A stretch of 64,000 nt of DNA from an uncultured Actinomycetota bacterium. Its GTDB lineage: Bacteria; Actinomycetota; UBA4738; HRBIN12. The DNA is taken from positions 53,176 to 117,175 of the forward strand of contig CAVQEW010000001.1 in the NCBI GenBank assembly GCA_963711655.1. Reading direction: 5' to 3'. Below the pieces are notes generated by a model. The model was not told the origin of the DNA. It saw only the letters and a program-made list of their open reading frames with translations, and ran no database searches. Positions 29,304 to 38,874 of this stretch are shown piece after piece. The number at the start of each line of letters is the position of its first letter. The first letter of the stretch is position 1. Made by a program: the position numbers and the translations under genes.

Positions 29304-31799
29304 ATGAGCGTGGACACCGGTCGCCGCCCGGCGGGACCTCCGCCACCGGGGGGCCGTCCCGGCCCCCGATCACCACGCGACCCCCGGTCCGTCCGTGACC
29401 GCGTCTCCTTCAAGCCGATCGCGGCGCTCCTGCTCATCCCGGTGATCCTGGCGACGTCGATCCTCGCCGCCGCCGTCCTCGTCCCACCCTTCGCCGCGGC
29501 GGGCCTCGGCGTGAACGAGATCCGCTCCCGCCTCGACGCGCTCGGATCCGACTTCACGCGCATCCCTCGTTTCCCGGAGCGCTCCACGATCTACGCCGCC
29601 GACGGCTCGGTCCTCACCCAGGTCTACCTCTCCAACCGCGAGATCGTGCCCCTCGCGTCGATCTCTCGCGCCACCCAGCGGGCCGTGCTCGCGATCGAGG
29701 ACTCCGACTTCTTCCAGCACGGCGCCCTGGACGTCTCGTCCCTGATCCGAGCGCTCATCCAGAACGCGCGGGCCGGCGAGGTGGTCCAGGGTGGCTCCAC
29801 GATCACGCAGCAGTTGGTGGGCAGCACGCTCGGTCCGCAGCGCTTCGACCAGAGCATCGAGGGGAAGCTGCAGGAGCTCGCGCTGTCGATCCGCGTGGAG
29901 CAGCGGTACTCGAAGGCCAAGATCTTCGAGATGTACCTCAACCAGGTCTACATGGGTCACGGTGTCTACGGCTTCGGGACGGCATCGCAGTTCTACTTCC
30001 GCAAGCCCGCCCGCGACCTGACGCTGCTCCAGGGCGCCACGCTCGCCGCCATGGTCAAGGCGCCGGAGCGGTACGACCCGATCGACCATCCGGCGAGGAC
30101 ACGGAAACACCGTGACGACGTCCTCAAGCGGATGGAGGCCCTCGGGTGGCTCAGCTCGGGACGCCTCGCTCGTCTCCGGGCGGAGCGGCTCCGGCTCCCG
30201 CCGAACGCCGGGCAGCTCACCCGCCGGCATCCTCCCTTCTTCGTGAAGTACCTGACCGACCAGATCATCGAGAACGAGTCCGGCGAGTTCACCTCGCTCG
30301 GGACCACCGAGAACGCGCGTCGCCGCAAGCTGTTCGAGGGCGGCCTCGACATCCACACCACCCTCGAGCCCGACTGGCAATCGTGGGCAGAGGAAGAGGC
30401 CCGGAAGCCGCTCCGGGTCTCGATCTATCCGCCGGCAGGCTCACCGGCTCCCGACGTCTCGATCGTGACGATCGACAACCGGTCCGGCGCGGTGAAGGTG
30501 ATCCTGTCCGGCCGGAACTACCGCAAGGAGGAGCTCGACCTCGCGACGACGGGCCACCAGCCCGGGTCGGCGTTCAAACCCTTCGTCCTCGCCGGCGCGT
30601 TCCAGGAGGGCATCCCGCCGACGCAGACGTACTCGAGCTCCTCACCGTGGTGCTCGCCGCTGTGGGACGACGAGGATCACTGCGTCTCGAACGCCGAGGG
30701 CAGCGGCGTCGGCCTCGTGGATCTGTTCACGGCCACCGAGGACTCGATCAACGTCGTATTCGCCCAGCTCATCTTCGATGTGACGCCGGAGGTCGTGGCG
30801 AACATCGCCGGACGCATGGTGGGGATGGATCCCCGGACCGAGGGATTCCCGTCGGTGGCCTCCCTGGCCACAGGTTCCGTGGCGATCTCGCCCGTCGACA
30901 TGGCCGCCGGGTATCAGACGATCGCGAACGATGGGCGACATTGCGACCCGTACACGGTCCAGTCGATCGAGCGCGACGGCAAGGTGTTGTTGGAGCACGA
31001 GCGCGCGTGCGACCCGGTCCTGAAACGAGGCGATGCGCGCCTCATCACCTCGATGCTCGAGGCCGTGCCGGTCTCGGGCACGGCGGCGAGCGCGTTCGGG
31101 GGCTGGGGGAGCTGGCCGGTCGCGGGGAAGACGGGCACCGCCCAGGAGAACACGAACGTGTGGTTCGGCGGATACACGAAGCAGTTCACCACCGTCGTCT
31201 GGGTCGGCTCGCCGGGCAACCCCTACTCGATGGGTCACGTCTTCGGTGGGACGGTCGCGGCACCGATCTGGGTGTCGTTCATGTCGAGGGTGATGCAGGG
31301 GCTCCCGGCGATCGGGTTCCCGGATCCGCCGAAACCGCCGGAGGGACCTGTGCCCAGCGTGATCGGGATGAAACGGGCGGAAGCGATCACGACCCTCTCG
31401 GAGGCGGGCTTCCGCGCCTCGGTCGAGATCGCGGATGACCGCGCCCCGAAGGGCCAGGTGTTCAGCCAGTCGCCGGGCGGCGGCACCGTGACCGCCCTCG
31501 GCACGCTGATCCGCATCCAGATCTCGACCGGCGTCCCGGCGCAGGTCACGATGCCGAGGGTCGTGGACATGCGCGGCTACGAGGCGACGGCGTTCCTGCA
31601 GTCCCTCGGACTCGTGGTCGAGCTCGTTCGGGTCGAGACCGGCAACCCGAACAAGGTCGGCTACGTGCTCGCCCAGGATCCACGCAGCCAGTCGCTGGTG
31701 GTCCAGGGCGGCACCGTGACGATCTTCGTGGGCGAGCGACCCAACGGGAACGGGAACGGCAACGGTGGTGGTGGTGGTGACGGAGGTGGCGACGGCTAG
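29304..31799 (+). CDS. Class A penicillin-binding protein (glycosyltransferase plus transpeptidase) with two C-terminal PASTA domains and an Asn/Gly-rich tail
   Basis: Intact. Glycosyltransferase motifs EDSDFFQHGA and GGSTITQQL. Transpeptidase motifs SAFKP, SIN and KTGTAQ. PASTA-like repeats VPSVIGMKRAEAITTLSEAGF and MPRVVDMRGYEATAFLQSLGL. The tail is NGNGNGNGGGGGDGGGDG. Confidence 0.85.
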   Translation: MSVDTGRRPAGPPPPGGRPGPRSPRDPRSVRDRVSFKPIAALLLIPVILATSILAAAVLVPPFAAAGLGVNEIRSRLDALGSDFTRIPRFPERSTIYAADGSVLTQVYLSNREIVPLASISRATQRAVLAIEDSDFFQHGALDVSSLIRALIQNARAGEVVQGGSTITQQLVGSTLGPQRFDQSIEGKLQELALSIRVEQRYSKAKIFEMYLNQVYMGHGVYGFGTASQFYFRKPARDLTLLQGATLAAMVKAPERYDPIDHPARTRKHRDDVLKRMEALGWLSSGRLARLRAERLRLPPNAGQLTRRHPPFFVKYLTDQIIENESGEFTSLGTTENARRRKLFEGGLDIHTTLEPDWQSWAEEEARKPLRVSIYPPAGSPAPDVSIVTIDNRSGAVKVILSGRNYRKEELDLATTGHQPGSAFKPFVLAGAFQEGIPPTQTYSSSSPWCSPLWDDEDHCVSNAEGSGVGLVDLFTATEDSINVVFAQLIFDVTPEVVANIAGRMVGMDPRTEGFPSVASLATGSVAISPVDMAAGYQTIANDGRHCDPYTVQSIERDGKVLLEHERACDPVLKRGDARLITSMLEAVPVSGTAASAFGGWGSWPVAGKTGTAQENTNVWFGGYTKQFTTVVWVGSPGNPYSMGHVFGGTVAAPIWVSFMSRVMQGLPAIGFPDPPKPPEGPVPSVIGMKRAEAITTLSEAGFRASVEIADDRAPKGQVFSQSPGGGTVTALGTLIRIQISTGVPAQVTMPRVVDMRGYEATAFLQSLGLVVELVRVETGNPNKVGYVLAQDPRSQSLVVQGGTVTIFVGERPNGNGNGNGGGGGDGGGDG

Positions 31800-32258
31800 C
31801 TAGCTCGCGCGCAGCCGGGCCCGGACCTTCTCCTGCACGACCTTCCCGTCGACACGACCTTTGGCCCTCCCCATCAGGAAGCCCATCACCGCGCCGAACT
31901 CCTTCTCGGAGGTGGCGCCGGTCGCCGCGAAGGCCTCGTCGAGCAGGGCGTCGAGCTCGTCGTCGGTCATCGGTTCGGGTGCGTACGACGCGATCGCCTC
32001 CCGCTCGGCTCGCTCCTTCTCCGCGAGCTCGCGGCGACCGGCGCCCTCGAACGCCTCGATCGACTCCGCCCGTTTCTTCACTTCCTTCGCCGCGACGTCG
32101 CGGACCTCGTCGTCGGAGAGCTCGTGGCGGAGCTCCTTCTCTTGGTTCGTCACGGCCGCGGACAGCATCCGGAGCGCGCCCAGACGGACCTTCTCGCCGG
32201 CGCGGAGGGCGTCGGTGATCTCGACGGCGAGCCGCGCTCTCAGGGTCGGGTCGCTCAT
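31800..32258 (-). CDS. GatB/YqeY domain-containing protein
   Basis: MSDPTLRARLAVEITDALRAGEKVRLGALRMLSAAVTNQEKE...FGAVMGFLMGRAKGRVDGK. ATG at 32258. Confidence 0.75.
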   Translation of the reverse strand: MSDPTLRARLAVEITDALRAGEKVRLGALRMLSAAVTNQEKELRHELSDDEVRDVAAKEVKKRAESIEAFEGAGRRELAEKERAEREAIASYAPEPMTDDELDALLDEAFAATGATSEKEFGAVMGFLMGRAKGRVDGKVVQEKVRARLRAS

Positions 32259-32270
32259 TACACTCCCCCC

Positions 32271-33152
32271 GTGCTTCCCGTGGTCGCGACGATCGCCGTG
32301 CTCGGCATCGGATGCGTGCTCTACGGGATCTTCATCGAACGGTTCCGATACCGGGTCCTCCGGCATCGGCTCGACATCCTACCGGCGGGGGTCGAGCGGT
32401 CCCTCACCGTGCTCCATCTCTCCGACCTCCATTTCGTCCGTCACGACCCGAGGAAGACCCGATTCCTCGCCGGCCTCCCCACGCCCGACGTCACGGTGGT
32501 CACCGGCGACTTCCTCGCAGAGCCGGAGGCGATCGACACGGCGGTGACGAGCGTCCGGCCGGTCCGGGGTCGGCTCGGATCCTGGTTCGTCCTGGGGTCC
32601 AACGACTACTTCGTCCCGAAGCCGTTGAACTATCTGGCCTATTTCCAGAAGGGGCGGAGGGGGCGTCGGGCCCGCCGGGGACGCGCGCCGGAGCTGATCG
32701 AAGCCCTCGTCGCGGACGGGTGGGCGGACCTCACCAATTCTCGGCGGACCGTGTCACTCGACGGGCTCGAGACCGAGCTGCTCGGTCTGGACGACGCCCA
32801 CATCCGTCGCCACGATCTCCGGGGCGCTCCTCGGAGCAACGGGGACGGCTTCGGATTCGCCGTCATGCATTCACCCGACTCGGCCCCGGAAGCGGCCGCG
32901 CTCGGCTACGGCCTGATCGTCGCCGGACATACCCACGGAGGCCAGGTGCGATTGCCGTGGATCGGCGCGCTGGTGACGAACTGCTCGATGCCCTCGAGGC
33001 TGGCGTCGGGGTTGATCCGGATGGGATCGGCGATGCTCCACACATCGCGGGGGCTCGGGACCAGCAAATACGCCCCGTTCCGGTTCTGGTGCAGGCCGGA
33101 GGCGACCTTCCTGGAACTTCGGCCTCGGACCCACGAACGAGGGTCCGGATGA
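32271..33152 (+). CDS. Membrane-anchored metallophosphoesterase
   Basis: N-terminal TM helix, then LHLSDLH, TGDF, GSNDY and GHTHGG motifs. GTG at 32271. Confidence 0.75.
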   Translation: MLPVVATIAVLGIGCVLYGIFIERFRYRVLRHRLDILPAGVERSLTVLHLSDLHFVRHDPRKTRFLAGLPTPDVTVVTGDFLAEPEAIDTAVTSVRPVRGRLGSWFVLGSNDYFVPKPLNYLAYFQKGRRGRRARRGRAPELIEALVADGWADLTNSRRTVSLDGLETELLGLDDAHIRRHDLRGAPRSNGDGFGFAVMHSPDSAPEAAALGYGLIVAGHTHGGQVRLPWIGALVTNCSMPSRLASGLIRMGSAMLHTSRGLGTSKYAPFRFWCRPEATFLELRPRTHERGSG

Positions 33153-33207
33153 AGCCACCGGCCTCACCGGGTGTGCTCGGATGGACGACCCGCTAAACTG
33201 CACCGCA

Positions 33208-33281
33208 CGGGACGTGGCGCAGCTTGGTAGCGCGCAGCGTTCGGGACGCTGAGGTCGCGGGTTCAAGTCCCGCCGTCCCGA
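33208..33281 (+). tRNA. tRNA-Pro (anticodon CGG)
   Basis: Hand-folded cloverleaf. Acceptor CGGGACG/CGTCCCG; D arm GCGC-AGCTTGGTA-GCGC; anticodon arm CAGCG-TTCGGGA-CGCTG; variable loop AGGTC; T arm GCGGG-TTCAAGT-CCCGC; discriminator A. 74 nt, CCA not encoded. Confidence 0.9.
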
Positions 33282-33291
33282 CACCGAAGAG

Positions 33292-33325
33292 ATGGGGCGG
33301 GCCGACACCACGGCCCGCCCCATTT
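33292..33325 (+). terminator. Perfect 13-bp hairpin after tRNA-Pro (ATGGGGCGGGCCG-acacca-CGGCCCGCCCCAT) followed by TTT
   Basis: Read directly. It starts 10 nt after the tRNA 3' end. Confidence 0.65.
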
Positions 33326-33427
33326 CACGATGGGGCAACAGGGGTTTGACGACCCCCGGGTGCCCCGGTAGCCTCGGGCAACGGCTCCGGCGACGGAGCC
33401 TTTCGTGCTACTCGGACCAAGGAGCTC

Positions 33428-34505
33428 ATGACAGGGACGCGAACGCGGATCACACGGCTCCTCGTAGCCGTGGTCTTTGCGCTCCCCGTCCTCCTCTCCG
33501 CGCTCAGCCTCTCTTCCCTCGCAGCGCCATCCGAGGAGGAGGTCCAGGCGGCGAAGGACAAGCTCGCCGGACTCGAGCACGACTTCGAGGTCCTCGCCGA
33601 GCAGTACAACGACGCCAAGTATCGCCTCGCCTTGATCGAACGGAAGCTCGCCGAAGCGCGCGACCAGAGCGAGGCAGCCGAACGCGACGCGCAGACGGCG
33701 GAAGGCCGACTGGCCAAGCGGGCCGTCCAGGCCTACGTCGGGACCGGCTCCCAGGTCGACGGTCTCCTCGGAGCCGAGAACATCGCGGAGTTCTCCGACC
33801 GCCTCGAGTTCATGGGCGCGGTCGCCGAGGCGGACGCGGAGATCGCCCGCGCAGCTTCGAACGCTCGGCAGGAGGCCGATTGGGCGGCGGATCGGTTCGC
33901 CGACGCGCGCATCGAGCGACAGCGCGAGGTGGCGGCCATCGAGAGCCACCTCGATCGTCTCGACTCGATGATCGACGAGCAGGCGTCCCTCTACGAGCAG
34001 CTCCACCAGGACCGCGCCGACTACCTCGCCGTCCTCGCGGCGCAGCGTGCCGCGCTCGAGCAGGCCCGCCAGGAAGCGGCACAGGACACGCCGCCCGCCG
34101 ACACGACGTCGGACACCGGGGGCTACGTCCCGCCGGTCAACGGATGGCCGCGGGGACCGCGGTCGCAGCGGCGAGGAGCGTCGAAGGCACCCAGTACGTC
34201 TTCGGATCCGCCGACCCGAACGTCGGCTTCGACTGCTCCGGCCTCACCTCGTGGGCCTGGGCGCAGGCGGGCGTGTACATCCCGCACTCTTCCGCCGCGC
34301 AGTACTCCTCGCTCCCGCACGTGCCGCTCGGGAGCGTGCAGCCGGGCGACCTGATCTTCTACTACTCGCCCGATCAGCCACGTGGCGCTCTACGTCGGCG
34401 GCGGGCAGATCATCCACGCGACCCACCCGGGTGCCGATGGCGCGGTCCACTACGGACTCGATGTACGGCTACGATCCGCCGGTCGGCGCCGCTCGCCCGG
34501 GCTAG
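33428..34505 (+). pseudogene. RipA-like secreted NlpC/P60 peptidoglycan endopeptidase (coiled-coil N-terminus); 3 frame breaks (near 34140, 34375, 34453)
   Basis: Signal sequence plus coiled coil in ORF 33428..34354. The catalytic Cys context GTQYVFGSADPNVGFDCSGLTSWAWAQAG is in the frame of 33292..34986. ISHVALYVGGGQIIHATHPG is in a third frame. The C-terminus DSMYGYDPPVGAARPG is in the frame of 34047..34505. Confidence 0.75.
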
Positions 34506-34545
34506 CCTCCGGCTCCCTCGCATCCCGCCGCTAGGCTCCTCGCTC

Positions 34546-35194
34546 GTGACCGCCCCGGCTCCTTCCGGCGACGACCTCGCTCTGGTGGAACGGCTCCGCG
34601 CCGGAGACGAGTCGGCGTTCATGTCGCTGGTCGATCGCCTGCAACCCTCGATGCTCCGGGTCGCTCGCATGTACGTCTCGACGGCGGCCGTCGCCGAGGA
34701 GGTCGTCCAGGAGACGTGGCTCGGCGTCCTGCGCGGCCTCGACAGCTTCCAGGGGCGGTCGTCCACTGCGCACCTGGATCTTCCGGATCCTCACCAACAT
34801 CGCGAAGACCCGTGGACAGCGCGAGGGCAGGAGCCTGCCGTTCGCCTCGCTCGCCGGCGACGACCTCGACGCGCCCGCCATCGATCCCGGTCGTTTCGAC
34901 ACCTCCGAGGCCTCGTCCCGCGGGGCCTGGTCGACGCTGCCCGACGACTGGACCGGGATCCCGGAGGATCGGCTCCTCGGCCGTGAGACCCTCGCGGTCA
35001 TCGGCAGGGCGATCGAAGGGCTCCCTCCGATGCAGGCCGAGGTGATCCGGTTGCGAGACGCCCTGGGCTGGACGTCGGAGGAGGTCCGTAACGCGCTCGA
35101 CCTGACCGAGACCAATCAGCGGGTGCTCCTGCATCGCGCGCGCGCGAAGGTGCGGAGCGCGCTGGAGGCCTATCTCGCGAGCGAGGCGACGTGA
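34546..35194 (+). CDS. ECF-type RNA polymerase sigma factor; one frame break at about 34765
   Basis: Region 2 reads LVERLRAGDESAFMSLVDRLQPSMLRVARMYV...ETWLGVLRGLDSFQGRSS, then (after removing one A) LRTWIFRILTNIA. Region 4 reads LPPMQAEVIRLRDALGWTSEEVRNALDLTETNQRVLLHRARAKVR. GTG at 34546. Confidence 0.8.
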
Positions 35195-35445
35195 TGGGAC
35201 GCGAACTGACCTGCAAGGAGCTGGTGGAGCTGGTCACCGCCTACCTCGACGGCAGCCTTCGCGGACGGCGGCGGCGCCGGTTCGAGTCGCACCTGGCCTC
35301 GTGCGACGGATGCACGCGGTACGTGCGGCAGATGGCGGCCACGATCCGCGCGACGGGCACCCTCACCGAGGAACAGGTGACCGACGAACAGAAGGCCGTC
35401 CTCCTGACGGCGTTCCGCGGCTGGACGTCCAGCCGGTCGAGCTAG
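35191..35445 (+). CDS. Anti-sigma factor, zf-HC2 type
   Basis: 84 aa. HLASCDGC (HxxxCxxC) motif. The start overlaps the sigma-factor stop (GTGATG). Confidence 0.7.
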   Translation: MMGRELTCKELVELVTAYLDGSLRGRRRRRFESHLASCDGCTRYVRQMAATIRATGTLTEEQVTDEQKAVLLTAFRGWTSSRSS

Positions 35446-35639
35446 GCGAGATCCGCGAGCCGCAGCTCCGCCTGCTGCACGAGCGGCTCGTTCCCGATCT
35501 CGCGCGCGGCATCGCGCGCCTGGGTGAGCAGGTCCTTCGCCTGCTGCGTCCTGGTCCCCGCCTTGTCGGCGGTGGCGTACTTGAGCTTCTCGTCGGCCTT
35601 GACGATCAGCTCGAAGATCTCGTTCGGCTGCATGGGCAT
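35442..35639 (-). CDS. Hypothetical 65-aa helical protein
   Basis: MPMQPNEIFELIVKADEKLKYATADKAGTRTQQAKDLLTQARDAAREIGNEPLVQQAELRLADLA. It starts 8 nt after the reconstructed TrxR stop. It is the tail of track ORF 35442..37187. Confidence 0.4.
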   Translation of the reverse strand: MPMQPNEIFELIVKADEKLKYATADKAGTRTQQAKDLLTQARDAAREIGNEPLVQQAELRLADLA

Positions 35640-35646
35640 CTCGACA

Positions 35647-36881
35647 TCATCCTTCCATCGAGCGGCGGTCGAGCTGGTCGAGGTAGCCGCGGATCTGGAT
35701 CGCCGCGGCCGCGCCCTCCCCCGACCGCCGACGCGAGCTGTTTCGTCGAGCCGTCCCGCACGTCGCCGGCGGCGAAGACACCCGGCATCGAGCTCATGAA
35801 CGTCGGGTCGGTGGCGACGAACCCGCGTTCGTCGAGATCGACGGCCTCCCTTCAGGAAGTCCGGTGTTCGGGTCGAGCCCGATGAACACGAACACGCCCG
35901 CGGGATGGTGCTCCTCGATCTCGCCCGAAACGCAGGTCCTCGATCACGACGGCCCCGAGCTTGCCGGAGCCGTCCTCCTTCTTCCGGAACTCCTTCACGC
36001 CGTGCTGCAGCTCGACCTCCATCCGTGGATGATCCAGGACCTTGGTCTGGAGGATCCGCGACCCGCGGAGCTGATCCCCACGCTCCACGATCGTGACCTT
36101 CCCCGTGAACTGGGTCAGGAAGACGCCCTCCTCGAGACCGGAGTTCCCGCCGCCGATCACCATCAGCTCGTCGGACCCCTTGTAGAAGGGTCCGTCGCAC
36201 GTGGCGCAGAAGTGGATCCCTGCGCCGATCAGGTCGTCCTCCCCGTCGGCGTCCGTGCCGCCGGTACGACGACCCGGTAGCGAGGAGCACCGCCCGAGCG
36301 TGATAGTGATCGCCGGTCGCCGTCTCGACGTCGAGCTCGTCCCGTCGGCAGTCATCCCCGAGTCGGCGGAGATCCTCGTCACGGAGACCGCCTGCAGCAT
36401 CTCCACGCCGTACCGCTCGGCTTGCTTCACGAACCGGTCGGCGAGCTCCGCTCCGCCGATCCCGTCGGGGAAGCCCGGGTAGTTGTCGAGCCGCTCGGTC
36501 ACGCCGGCCTGGCCGCCGAGCCCCTTCGAATCGACGATCAGCGTCTCGAGGTTCTCCCGCGCTGCGTAGATGGCCGTCGTCAGCCCGGTGGGACCGCCGC
36601 CCACGATGATCAGGTCGTAGACGTGCTGCATCGCCTGTCGCTGGAGTCCCAGCTTCTGCGCGAGCTCCTCGTTCGAGGGCTCGGCGAGATGGGAACCGTC
36701 GGGGAACACGATCGTCGGGATGATGTTCTTGCCGTCGTTGCGATCCTGGACAACTCTGAAGCCCCGCCGGCTCGCCCTCGATGTCGTGCCAGGAATAGGG
36801 AACGCGTTGATCGGCCAGGAACTTCTTCGCGCGGCGGCAATCGGGGCACCAGCTCGCGCCGTAGACGAGGATCTCCTCCAT
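35647..36881 (-). pseudogene. Glutaredoxin-like domain fused to thioredoxin-disulfide reductase; at least 5 frame breaks
   Basis: MEEILVYGASWCPDCRRAKKFLADQRVPYSWHDIE (frame of 35442..37187). Then NIIPTIVFPDGSHLAEPSNEELAQKLGL...YDLIIVGGGPTGLTTAIYAAR...IHFCATCDGPFY...MVIGGGNSGLEEG (frame of 35852..36937). Then GVFAAGDVRDGSTKQLASAVG (ORF 35606..35797) and the tail IQIRGYLDQLDRRSMEG. Confidence 0.7.
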
Positions 36882-37047
36882 TGCGTCACCCTCCCGGGTC
36901 GAACGACCGCTCCCTGCTCGGACCGTATCGCGCCCACCTGCGTCCGTTACGCGGCTGTCACGAGGATCCTCCTCGCGGCATCTGGTGAACGATCGGGGAA
37001 CGGGTCCGGAAGGTTCCAGGGAACCCCTGGCCGGCCGGGGGCGTCCG

Positions 37048-37296
37048 ATGGACACTGCGACCGAGGAGGACCCACTGATGACACTTGGCACGGGACCCGG
37101 CGGCTCTGCACATGACGCGATCGTCCGGATCTTCCAGGATCCCTCCGCGGTCTGGACGCTCGACGAGCTCGCACGACGCTTCGGCATGTCGATCGGCGAC
37201 GCGATCCGCGTGATGTCGGACCTCGAGGCGATCGACTTCGTGCGTCGGGTCGGGGACGAATACGTCCCCGGCTACGGGGCCGCGACCGCCTCTTAG
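37048..37296 (+). CDS. Hypothetical small protein, possible winged-helix
   Basis: MDTATEEDPLMTLGTGPGGSAHDAIVRIFQDPSAVWTLDELARRFGMSIGDAIRVMSDLEAIDFVRRVGDEYVPGY. The track ORF starts at GTG 36985. Confidence 0.4.
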   Translation: MDTATEEDPLMTLGTGPGGSAHDAIVRIFQDPSAVWTLDELARRFGMSIGDAIRVMSDLEAIDFVRRVGDEYVPGYGAATAS

Positions 37297-38201
37297 GCCG
37301 CCGCGGCGGTTGCGAGCGCTTCGGCTTCCGCTTCGATCGCCTGGCGATCCGCCAACTTCTCCAGCCAGGCGCTCGGGAGCGCTTCCCGACCGTGATGGGC
37401 ACCGAGCAGCGCGCCCGTCACGGCCGCGTTCGTGTCGGTGTCGCCGCCGAGAGACACGACGTACCGCAGCCCTTCCTCGAAGGCGACACCCTCGGCCGCC
37501 ATCTGCAGCCCGACCCCCGCGGTGAAGAGCGTGAACCCCATGTCGGGCCCGTCGATCGGTCGAGCTCGACCCGCCTCCGCGACGAGGTACTCGAGCTCCT
37601 CACCTCCCTCCCGGTCGAGAACCGCTTCCACCGCTCCCACGACCGCCGCCCGAGGCTCCTGCTCCGCGGATCAGCGCCGCCGTCGGCAGGGTGACCGCCA
37701 GGCAGGCGGTGCGGCAGCGTTGATCCCAGTGCGTGATCGCCGACAAGCGCCGGCGCCTCCTCGAGGAGCAGCTCCGGGCGCGCCGCTCGGAAGGCTCCGA
37801 GCGGCGCGCAGTACATCACGGAGCCGTTCCCGGCCGAGATCTCCGGCCCGCGCTCGGACACGTACCGCTCCGCGGCATCCGAGACGCCGTCTCGGATGCC
37901 GCCGAGCACCCGTCTGCGTGAGGGTCCCGACATCGGGAGGATCCGTGGCCAGCCACTCGAGGTGGCGCCGCAGCACGTCGTCCGTGTCCAACGATCGGCG
38001 CTCGGCGAGCGACCGCCAGAGGTTGCGGGCCATCGCGGTGTCGTCGGTCCACGTTCCCGGGGGGAGACCGGACCAACCCCGCTCGAACGCGGGAAGCGGA
38101 TCGGGGATGTCGGCACGCATGCGGAACTCGAACGGCGCTCCGAGCGCATCCCCGAGCGCCAGCCCGAGGACGACACCCCACCACCCGTTCCCGCAGGTCA
38201 T
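37293..38201 (-). pseudogene. ADP-ribosylglycohydrolase family protein; at least 3 frame breaks
   Basis: N-terminus GLALGDALGAPFEF...GTWTDDTAMA (ORF 37671..38201). Middle part GNGSVMYCAPLGAF (frame of 37418..38176). C-terminus YVVSLGGDTDTNAAVTGALLGAHHG (ORF 37293..37640). Confidence 0.7.
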
Positions 38202-38265
38202 CCACGGGTTCGGAGCCTATCGACGCGACCCGCGACAAGGGCCTCTGGTAGCCTGACTGACCTCG

Positions 38266-38868
38266 ATGGACAAGATCGGACCCAAGCACCGCATGTGCAG
38301 ACGTGTCGGCGCCCCACTGTGCGGGCGCCCCAATTGTCCTGCCAACAAGCGGCCGTACCCGCCGGGCATGCACGGCCGGGGCCGCAAGCGGATCTCCGAG
38401 TACCAGACCCGACTCGTGGAGAAGCAGAAGATGCGGGCGATCTACGCCGTCGGAGAGCGGCAGATGCGCAAGTACTACGAGCGCGCGCACCGGTCGATGG
38501 GAGTCACCGGCGAGGAGCTGCTGAAGCAGCTCGAGACCCGGATCGACGCCGTGATCCTCCGCCTCGGCTTCGCGCTCACGATCCACCAGGCACGCCAGCT
38601 CGTCTCCCACGGTCACGTGTTGATCGACGGCAAGCGGATCGACGTCCCCAGCGCCCAGGTCAAGGCGGGCCAGGAGATCAGCCTCACGGACAAGGCGCGC
38701 GACTTCATCGCCGTGCGGGAAGCGATCCAGATCACCGCGGACCCGCCCGGGTACCTGTACCGGAACAAGGACGAGATCAAGGGCGCCTTCATCCGGATCC
38801 CGGAACGCGATGAGATCCCGCTCCCGGTGACCCTCGAAGAGCGTCTCGTCGTCGAGTTCTACTCCTAG
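38266..38868 (+). CDS. rpsD: 30S ribosomal protein S4
   Basis: 200 aa, intact. S4 N-terminal region and the S4 RNA-binding domain (LETRIDAVILRLGFALTIHQARQLVSHGHVLIDGKRIDVPS). Confidence 0.9.
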   Translation: MDKIGPKHRMCRRVGAPLCGRPNCPANKRPYPPGMHGRGRKRISEYQTRLVEKQKMRAIYAVGERQMRKYYERAHRSMGVTGEELLKQLETRIDAVILRLGFALTIHQARQLVSHGHVLIDGKRIDVPSAQVKAGQEISLTDKARDFIAVREAIQITADPPGYLYRNKDEIKGAFIRIPERDEIPLPVTLEERLVVEFYS

Positions 38869-38874
38869 CCACGC

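Noticed and set aside
31735-31799. Short tandem repeats (aacggg/ggtggt), together with the G/C-rich tract at 13080-13125, considered as CRISPR-like or VNTR repeats.
   Set aside because: Both are in-frame coding low-complexity regions: the NGNGNGNGGGGGDGGGDG tail of the PBP and the poly-Pro run of the 12763..13183 gene. There is no repeat-spacer organisation anywhere in the window.
33326-33427. A possible c-di-AMP (ydaO-type) riboswitch upstream of the NlpC/P60 hydrolase gene, a common actinobacterial arrangement.
   Set aside because: The 100-nt leader lacks the conserved ACCCGAAUCC / GGGGA-type blocks I remember, and it is too short for the pseudo-twofold ydaO architecture.
33208-33430. tRNA-Pro considered as an integration site for a genomic island or prophage.
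   Set aside because: There is no integrase, no direct repeat of the tRNA 3' end, and no compositional shift downstream. The flanking genes are ordinary cell-wall and sigma-factor genes.
37641-37673. A TGA separating same-frame ORFs 37671..38201 and 37293..37640 of the ADP-ribosylglycohydrolase gene, considered as a second Sec site.
   Set aside because: The upstream ORF is already out of frame (garbage sequence) well before the TGA. The correct path runs through two other frames. There is no Cys-equivalent context and no hairpin.
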